From assembly GCA_011524805.1 (NCBI GenBank), contig WTJO01000113.1:2497-45584 (forward strand): 43,088 nt of DNA, written 5' to 3'. Within the stretch, counting starts at the first letter, position 1. Every line of letters starts with the position of its first letter. Positions 36,935 to 43,088 of the stretch are shown piece after piece. The position numbers were made by a program, and so were the translations under genes. The notes below the pieces were generated by a model that did no database searches, was not told where the DNA came from, and saw only the letters and a program-made list of their open reading frames with translations. This DNA is from Alphaproteobacteria bacterium (GTDB lineage Bacteria; Pseudomonadota; Alphaproteobacteria; Puniceispirillales; Puniceispirillaceae).

Positions 36935-38401
36935 TTACTGTCCGGGATCTTCTGAAGGGTCTATCCAGATAGATCCGTCCTCGCCGCCAAAATGATCAGC
37001 CGGCCCGAATGTACCCTGACGATATAAAGATGGCGCCAACTCCGAGGCGAGCGAAATTACAGGGTCGATAAATGCCCATGCCGCCAGCACTTCATCATGG
37101 CGCATAAACAGGGTCTGGTTGCCTCTGGCTGTATCCATCAGCAGACGTTCATAGGCATCTGGCAGGCGGGCTGAAAATGTATCATTAAATGACAGGTTCA
37201 GCTCGGACGGAAACAGGCGCATACCACCTGGCCCCGGCGCTTTCGAGATTAGCTGGAGCTTGAGGCCTTCTTGTGGCTGAAGCCTGATAACCAGACGGTT
37301 AGGCAGATCATCTTCACCTGCCGGCGCGCCAGCCTTTTTGAAAATATCATGTGGCTTTGGCTTGAAGGTAATAACAATTTCACTTGCTCTCAGACTAAGT
37401 TTTTTACCTGTTCTAATGTAAAATGGTACCCCTGCCCAGCGCCAATTTTCAATACCCATTCGCAAGGCAACATAGGTCTCTGTTTGTGATGAACCATCCA
37501 GCTCATGCTCATAGTCCTGATACTGGCCTGTGACAATATCTTCTTTGGTGAGCGGACGCAGTGCCTGAAGCACACGTAATTTTTCGTCTCTGACCTGATC
37601 GGCCGTGAAATGCGAAGGTGGTTCCATCGCCACCAGACAGACAAGCTGCAAAATATGGTTCTGCACCATATCTCTTAATGCGCCAGCCTTGTCATAATAG
37701 GCCGCCCTGTCACCTACCCCGACCGTCTCGGCCACACTTATCTGGACATGATCAATCGAGTTATTATTCCACTGGCTTTCAAAAATCACATTGGCAAACC
37801 GTAACGCCATCAGGTTCTGGACTGTTTCCTTGCCCAGATAATGATCAATCCGGTAAATCTGATCTTCTGAAAATACCGATTTAAGCTGGCTGTTAATCTG
37901 CTCGGCAGACACATAATCATGGCCAAGCGGCTTTTCTACCACCAGCCTGCTTTGCGGCCAGACAAGATCAAGTTCTGACAGAAGCTGGCAGGCAGACCCG
38001 AATAATGCAGGCGCAACAGCCAGATAGTAGATAGCCGGACGTGCATCATCTTTTTTCTCGGCAATGAAGGCGGCCAGTTCGGTCCCGCCTTTGCCGCTCA
38101 TAATATCAATCGGCATGATGGTAATAAGACGGGCAAAATCTGCCCATAATGATTCATCCATATCATAGGTGCTAAATGCGTCTTCACAAAATGGCCTGAG
38201 CTTGTCCAGAAATGTATCTAGCGGCAGGCTGTTTCTTGCAACAGCAATTAATCTGACCTTGTCAGTAAGCTGTCCATCACAAAACCGCCAGAATAATGCG
38301 GGGAAGATTTTGCGTAACGCCAGATCGCCTGTGCCACCGAAAATTATGTAGTCACTATCAGGCACAAGCGCAGTTTGCGGAATAGACTTTTCCATTAGCA
38401 T
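36935..38401 (-). CDS. zwf: glucose-6-phosphate 1-dehydrogenase
   Basis: IFGGTGDLALRK (NADP fold), RIDHYLGKE (active-site nonapeptide), ...EKPLG.... Confidence 0.95.
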   Translation of the reverse strand: MLMEKSIPQTALVPDSDYIIFGGTGDLALRKIFPALFWRFCDGQLTDKVRLIAVARNSLPLDTFLDKLRPFCEDAFSTYDMDESLWADFARLITIMPIDIMSGKGGTELAAFIAEKKDDARPAIYYLAVAPALFGSACQLLSELDLVWPQSRLVVEKPLGHDYVSAEQINSQLKSVFSEDQIYRIDHYLGKETVQNLMALRFANVIFESQWNNNSIDHVQISVAETVGVGDRAAYYDKAGALRDMVQNHILQLVCLVAMEPPSHFTADQVRDEKLRVLQALRPLTKEDIVTGQYQDYEHELDGSSQTETYVALRMGIENWRWAGVPFYIRTGKKLSLRASEIVITFKPKPHDIFKKAGAPAGEDDLPNRLVIRLQPQEGLKLQLISKAPGPGGMRLFPSELNLSFNDTFSARLPDAYERLLMDTARGNQTLFMRHDEVLAAWAFIDPVISLASELAPSLYRQGTFGPADHFGGEDGSIWIDPSEDPGQ

Positions 38402-38480
38402 GTCACCATCTGATTTTGGAAATAAATAAATTCGATTGATTTATACAACAATCCAGCCCAAATGTCTTGTATAAAACAGA

Positions 38481-38792
38481 TTAAATTGTCACAGGGCTGC
38501 CATGGGCAGTGCTAAGATAGGCGTGACGCCAGCGCGCTATCATCTGGTTAAGCTGCGGCTGGTCAAGATGCTGTTTTGTGCCAAGCAATCTTGTCAGCGC
38601 ATCTATATAGCACTGGTAATATTCATCATCTGTTGCAACCGCAGAGGCCGCCAGTTCAACGCCAAGCGCGTCCGAAAATTCAGACCACTCAAATATCCCT
38701 GCTTCATAAAGGGCAAGACAGAGCGCAAAGGCCTGAGCATGCCACGGGGCTGAAAACTGGCTATCAGCAGGTGGCAGGGCGGGGCTGGTCAT
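38481..38792 (-). CDS. nitrile hydratase accessory (activator/self-subunit-swapping chaperone) protein
   Basis: 103 aa, resembling the N-terminal part of a nitrile hydratase beta subunit (FSAPWHAQAFALCLAL...WSEFSDALG). The ATG overlaps the beta-subunit stop (ATGA). Confidence 0.7.
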   Translation of the reverse strand: MTSPALPPADSQFSAPWHAQAFALCLALYEAGIFEWSEFSDALGVELAASAVATDDEYYQCYIDALTRLLGTKQHLDQPQLNQMIARWRHAYLSTAHGSPVTI

Positions 38793-39505
38793 CGGGCCGC
38801 TGGCTCAAGATAGCTCTGCCATAAATCAAGCCGTATTTCGTCCCTGCTATTTGCGGCAGCAAATAAATCAGATGCCACAAAGCTGACAGTATAGAGCGGT
38901 TCTGGCGCCTCACCTTTGAAATGGGCATGCGAGTCAGGCAGAATATGGCCGCCATGACAGGCTGTAATTATCCCTGATTTCATCGCTGCATAGGCTGGCA
39001 GGCGGGTATGACCACCAGAAATAAGCGCTGTCTCATCAGGGGTTCTGGTGCTGACATGCTGGCCAATCTCAAATTTGGGCGGGCGAGCAAGCGGGCGTGA
39101 TGTCGAACTGCCAGAGCTGATCATCTTTCTGGCTTTCTCGGCTGTCAGGCTGGCTGGCAGGGGCGGGCTATGCTGGCTGGCACTAGCAGAAGCAAGCTCA
39201 TCTGTTGTTACCAGACCGTGGTCAACAAGCAAGTTGGCGAGTGCTGATAGCCATTTATCATAATAGGAAAAGCGCGCATAATCTTCGGGCGGCAGAAGCT
39301 ATCTTGCATGGCGGGAAGCATCCAGATTCCACTTGCCATGTGCTGCCGCTGCAATGGTAACAGCCAGCGCACGCCCATGCCATGTTTCTGAAAATACCGG
39401 CTCATCTGCCTGAACGCTGCCAAAATCATAACGATAGCCTGCCTGCCCGCCCAAATCATGTGGCAAATTCCGGCTTAGCGGATGGGGAGCGGGTGCGCGT
39501 GCCAT
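38789..39505 (-). pseudogene. nthB: nitrile hydratase beta subunit interrupted by a single in-frame TAG (39299-39301); otherwise full length
   Basis: ORFs 39299..39505 and 38789..39232 are in the same frame. My translation across the gap gives ...NLDASRHAR*LLPPEDYARFSYYDKWLSALANLLVDHGLVTTDEL..., collinear with known beta subunits. The C-terminus ...RLDLWQSYLEPA is typical. Confidence 0.85.
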
Positions 39506-39507
39506 AT

Positions 39508-40149
39508 TCAGCCCTTATCCGGCAATGGGGCGGCCGCTATCGCAGTGCCTATCATTGCATCACGCGAGACATACTGTGCGGCATCTTGCCAGGATAGGCC
39601 TGATATCTCGTCAGGCGGCATAGGCAATACAAGGTATCTGATCTCTGCGGTTGAATCCCATACACGCACAGATACATCTTCTGCAAGTTCAAGTCCGAAT
39701 TCTGCCAGCACTGTGCGTGGTTCGGATACTGCCCGGCTACGATAGGCATCTGATTTATACCATGAAGGCGGGATGCCCAGTAGCGGCCATGGATAGCAGC
39801 TACATAAAGTACATACCACCAGATTATGACATTCAGGAGTATTTTCAACGATCACAACATGCTCACCCTGACGGCCAGAAAAGCCCATCTCGGTAATTAC
39901 GGCGTCTGTATTCTCAAATAGCTGTTCCTTGAATGCTATATCTGTCCATGCACGCGCCACCAGTTCGGCTCCGCGATGAGGGCCTATTTTATGGGCGTAG
40001 CTGTCAATAATCTCGTCAATCGCCTCAGCCTGAACCAGCCCCTTATCAAGCAGGATTTGCTCAAGCGCCTTTAGCTTCAGCTCGGGGTCTGAAGGCAATA
40101 GATGGTGGGCATGGTCATCATGGTCATGAGGCATAATTATTTGTGCCAT
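39508..40149 (-). CDS. nthA: nitrile hydratase alpha subunit, cobalt type
   Basis: Metal-binding claw VVCTLCSCYPWP, where Thr in C-T-L-C-S-C indicates Co-type. ...WYKSDAYRSRAV..., ...VWDSTAEIRYLVLP.... His/Asp-rich N-terminus PHDHDDHAHH. Confidence 0.95.
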   Translation of the reverse strand: MAQIIMPHDHDDHAHHLLPSDPELKLKALEQILLDKGLVQAEAIDEIIDSYAHKIGPHRGAELVARAWTDIAFKEQLFENTDAVITEMGFSGRQGEHVVIVENTPECHNLVVCTLCSCYPWPLLGIPPSWYKSDAYRSRAVSEPRTVLAEFGLELAEDVSVRVWDSTAEIRYLVLPMPPDEISGLSWQDAAQYVSRDAMIGTAIAAAPLPDKG

Positions 40150-40263
40150 ATAGACACAGCTTCAGGCAAGCCTGTTCGCGATATTACACCTGCTTGCGGA
40201 TGGATGCTTGTCTGGCCGCACGCATAAGGGTAGGCTTATTCATGCTTATACAGGATAATAGCT

Positions 40264-40488
40264 ATGAAAAAAGATGCTGACACAATCGCCCAATATTATG
40301 AAAAACTGGCAACAGCAGGCGTGCATAATGCCCTGCTTGAGCAAACAAAACAGACCAATCTTGAGTTGACAGAGGCATTATTACGCACGCCAGAGCCTGA
40401 CCGCATTATGAGCATGAATAGTGTCTATCAGCATTATGCCAGCAATGTTCAGGCTGATACCGGGTCTGGTGAAGGGTCAGATAGATGA
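40264..40488 (+). CDS. 74-aa small protein translationally coupled to the downstream amidase (possible GatC/AtzG-like small subunit)
   Basis: The ATG has AGGA 10 nt upstream. Its stop overlaps the amidase start (ATGA at 40485-40488). No motif recognised, so the call rests on position and size. Confidence 0.5.
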   Translation: MKKDADTIAQYYEKLATAGVHNALLEQTKQTNLELTEALLRTPEPDRIMSMNSVYQHYASNVQADTGSGEGSDR

Positions 40489-41900
40489 GCCTGTTTGACG
40501 ATATTCATACCATCACAAACGAGCATGTAAAAGACAGACAATCCGCCCACCGCTATCTAGAAACTGTGTGTGCCGAAATGGATGCTCTGGGACGTGATAT
40601 TCAGGCGGTGCGCCATATTGAAGAAGATTTTGCCCATCAGCAGATTGACCAGCTATTTGATACAGACCCCGGCCAGCGAGGGCCGTTGCATGCGGTGCCA
40701 CTAGCCCATAAGGAACTATATGGCAGAAAGCCTGAAACAGGGGCTGGCTGGCTATATGAGGGTGGGTCTGCTTCCTGTCAGGGAGAAAGAGCCATTGAGA
40801 CTGCCCATGTCATCAAAAAGCTGGATGCTGCCGGCGCGGTAGATTGCGCACGGACTGTGAGCGTTGAATATGCGCTTGGGGTAACAGGCCATAATAATTA
40901 TGCGGGCACGCCGCTTAATCCGTGGAACCATGACTATATTTGTGGCGGCTCATCCTCAGGTTCAGGCGCGGTAGTGGCAGCCGGTATTGTGCCTGTATCG
41001 CTTGGCAGTGATACGGGCGGGTCTATCAGACTGCCTGCGGCGGCGTGCGGGCTGATAGGGATCAAACCTACCCATGGGCTGGTCTCACGTTCAGGCGTAT
41101 TTCCCTTATCTGTCTCGCTTGATACGGTCGGCCCGCTTAGCCGGACAGTGAGAGATTCGGCCATGCTACTGACCCAGATTGCCGGATATGATTCAGAAGA
41201 CCCTCTATCCATCAAGGTGCCAAAAATAGATTATCTGTCCTATCTAGACAGGCCGGTTGACGGCATCAGGCTGGGGCTTGAAACAAAATATTTCCTGTCT
41301 GGCACAGATAGCGATATCGCCGATTTGATAAGTGCCGCCTTTGAAGAGACAGAAGCCTTTGGTGCCAGATTGTCCGAAGCACAGATAGCCGATATTGACA
41401 CGACCAACCCGTTAAATGTGCTGATGATCAGCTCGGAAGCCTGTCACGTCCATATAGACAGGCTGGTTGAACGCCACAACGAGATGAACCCGCAAACCGT
41501 AATGCGGGTACTGACAGGACTAAGCAGCACGCAGGAGATAGAAGACAGGCTGGCGGCAACACGCGCCGGACTGGCCGCCAGAATCATCGAGGACATATTT
41601 GCAGATATTGACGTATTTGTGACGCCTGTCTGGCCATTTGCCCTGCCCACAATTGCAGATAGTGATATAGGGGCAAAACCGGAGGCGGCCGCGCTGATGC
41701 AGCATATCGGGCATAATACCAGACCGGTGAATTTTCTGGGTCTGCCCGCAATTGTCGTACCTATCGGTTTTGATAAGAACGGTCTGCCTGTATCCATGCA
41801 GCTAGTAGGCAAACCCTATTCTGAAGGGGTGCTGATTGCCCTTGCAAGGCAGTGCGAGAAACATTTCAGCTTCTGGGACAATCGCCCGCCCGCAGGCTAG
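40485..41900 (+). CDS. amidase-signature family amidase (GatA/AtzE-like)
   Basis: GGSSSGSGAVVAAGIVPVSLGSDTGGSIRLPAAACGLIGIKPTHG is the canonical AS block, with the upstream AHKELY catalytic Lys context. 471 aa. Confidence 0.9.
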   Translation: MSLFDDIHTITNEHVKDRQSAHRYLETVCAEMDALGRDIQAVRHIEEDFAHQQIDQLFDTDPGQRGPLHAVPLAHKELYGRKPETGAGWLYEGGSASCQGERAIETAHVIKKLDAAGAVDCARTVSVEYALGVTGHNNYAGTPLNPWNHDYICGGSSSGSGAVVAAGIVPVSLGSDTGGSIRLPAAACGLIGIKPTHGLVSRSGVFPLSVSLDTVGPLSRTVRDSAMLLTQIAGYDSEDPLSIKVPKIDYLSYLDRPVDGIRLGLETKYFLSGTDSDIADLISAAFEETEAFGARLSEAQIADIDTTNPLNVLMISSEACHVHIDRLVERHNEMNPQTVMRVLTGLSSTQEIEDRLAATRAGLAARIIEDIFADIDVFVTPVWPFALPTIADSDIGAKPEAAALMQHIGHNTRPVNFLGLPAIVVPIGFDKNGLPVSMQLVGKPYSEGVLIALARQCEKHFSFWDNRPPAG

Positions 41901-41917
41901 CCAGATATTTCATCTAG

Positions 41918-42511
41918 CTATTTTGCTGCTGCGACAAGATTTCTGAGCTTGGCAACCGCAATCTCGTCACTTTCCTGATGAGAGATTGTGCCTGCCAGCC
42001 TGCCCTGACTATTCAAAAGAAAAATGCTTGCGGTATGATCATAGCTTAGACCACCAGAGGCACTATTAACGGCCTTTCGGTAAATACCCCAGTCAGAAAT
42101 CATCTTTGCGACATCTGCCTCACTGCCTGTCAGCCCGATTAAATCTTCACCAAAAAAACCAAGATAACTGGCCAGAATATCAGGCGTATCACGCACCGGA
42201 TCAACGGTAACAAATATAATCTGCAAATCGCCAGCATCCGCGCCAATCTCGTCACGCCATAGTGTCAGCTCGGACAATGTTGTCGGGCAAATATCTGGGC
42301 AATGGGTAAAACCGAAAAACAGGGCTGTCTGCGTGCCGGTGAATATGCGCTCATCTGCCGGCTGGCCTGTCTGTGTTAACAGCGAGAATGGCGCGCCTAT
42401 CGCAAAGCCGGCAGGATCAACTGTTTTTCGTGCCAGAAATTCAGACAGGCCGAACGCGCCGCATAACAGAATGATAAAGCTGGCACCAATAGCAAGTTTA
42501 GTTTTGACCAT
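41918..42511 (-). CDS. SCO1/SenC family copper chaperone / thiol-disulfide oxidoreductase
   Basis: N-terminal membrane anchor, CPDICP (CxxxC) motif and a downstream conserved His region. 197 aa. Confidence 0.9.
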   Translation of the reverse strand: MVKTKLAIGASFIILLCGAFGLSEFLARKTVDPAGFAIGAPFSLLTQTGQPADERIFTGTQTALFFGFTHCPDICPTTLSELTLWRDEIGADAGDLQIIFVTVDPVRDTPDILASYLGFFGEDLIGLTGSEADVAKMISDWGIYRKAVNSASGGLSYDHTASIFLLNSQGRLAGTISHQESDEIAVAKLRNLVAAAK

Positions 42512-42581
42512 GACAATACTTTCTGCAAAAGTCAGAGAAAAACAGCATTATATTTCTTGCCATAAATAAGGTGTCCTGAAG

Positions 42582-43088
42582 ATGAGTACAATGTCTTTTT
42601 CCGATACTGCCCGCCATGACCAATATGATGTGGTGATAATTGGTGGTGCCATGATAGGTTCGTCTATTGCATGGTTTTTGACTTCAAACCCTGATTTTAA
42701 TGGCCGTTTGCTGGTGATTGAGCGTGACCCGTCATATGAATTTGCTTCAACATCACGCACAAATTCATGTGTAAGACAGCAATTTTCAACTGAAATTAAT
42801 ATCAAAATATCTCAATTCACAGCCGATTTTATCACCCGTTTCAAAGACTATATCGGTGGTGATGAAGATGTACCTGAACTGGCATTTGATAAATTCGGCT
42901 ATATGTATCTTGCAGATAATCAGCCCTTTGCAGATTATCTGGTTGACTGCCAGAAGCTGCAATCATCACTTGGGGCAGGCACTGTCATCATGTCACCAGA
43001 CGAGATTCTGGCGGCCTATCCGTTCTATCAGCTAGATGACATTATTCTGGGCAGCCATAATCTGAAGGATGAAGGCTATTTTGAAGGC
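42582..43088 (+). CDS. FAD-dependent oxidoreductase (DAO/sarcosine-oxidase-beta-like), 5' partial, continues past the window end
   Basis: My translation from the ATG at 42582 gives MSTMSFSDTARHDQYDVVIIGGAMIGSSIAWFL...LVIERD.... It has a GxGxxG FAD fold and stays open to the window edge (169 codons). Confidence 0.8.
   Translation, partial: MSTMSFSDTARHDQYDVVIIGGAMIGSSIAWFLTSNPDFNGRLLVIERDPSYEFASTSRTNSCVRQQFSTEINIKISQFTADFITRFKDYIGGDEDVPELAFDKFGYMYLADNQPFADYLVDCQKLQSSLGAGTVIMSPDEILAAYPFYQLDDIILGSHNLKDEGYFEG

Noticed and set aside
39299-39301. The in-frame TAG in nitrile hydratase beta as programmed recoding (pyrrolysine or suppression).
   Set aside because: No pyl genes or recoding signals are visible. 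The position aligns to an ordinary conserved Glu, one substitution away. A nonsense mutation or a sequencing error is far more parsimonious.
1-43088. Frequently recurring decamer CCAGCCTGTC / GACAGGCTGG (e.g. near 9045, 22866, 23873, 26297, 26385, 29125-29145, 41455). Considered as a possible dispersed repeat, uptake-type signal or Chi-like signal.
   Set aside because: Every copy I checked lies inside a CDS in the coding orientation and encodes Asp-Arg-Leu (GAC AGG CTG). It therefore follows codon and peptide usage rather than being an independent DNA element. A genome-wide strand-skew analysis would be needed to revive the idea.

Overview
This is a gene-dense, chromosomal-looking 43-kb segment with about 38 CDS. 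By gene content and protein signatures it probably comes from a marine alphaproteobacterium-like organism, but that is inference with no database search behind it. I found no rRNA, tRNA, CRISPR array, transposase, integrase or phage genes.

Gene map, left to right:
- FAD monooxygenase, glutathione peroxidase, TrhO and rpe.
- A lone RadD-like SF2 helicase.
- A long minus-strand block (5.9-15.5 kb): mmsA, cysQ, then adhC - amidase - atypical M19 'dipeptidase' - 576-aa unknown - 224-aa unknown (DUF3726-like), then an Ldh2-family oxidoreductase.
- gloA and an SDR.
- A YnjBCD-like ABC importer whose ATPase is transcribed divergently.
- FadN-like 3-hydroxyacyl-CoA dehydrogenase/enoyl-CoA hydratase, an alpha/beta hydrolase, metY and a 1165-aa indolepyruvate:ferredoxin-oxidoreductase-family protein.
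- Enoyl-CoA hydratase and an HSL-type esterase.
- An Entner-Doudoroff operon (zwf-edd-eda-pgi) running straight into an ABC-2 exporter pair.
- A cobalt-type nitrile hydratase (alpha-beta-accessory) whose beta gene carries one in-frame TAG.
- A divergent small ORF plus amidase-signature enzyme, then SCO1/SenC and a partial FAD oxidoreductase.

The best candidate for something undescribed is the translationally coupled 576-aa + 224-aa pair (7006-9407). It sits in an operon with a metal-site-degenerate M19 homologue, an amidase and a GSH-dependent formaldehyde dehydrogenase.

All functional calls rest on motifs read by eye from the ORF translations. Several ORF-track starts are GTG/TTG, and I re-set them to nearby ATG+RBS where that was justified.
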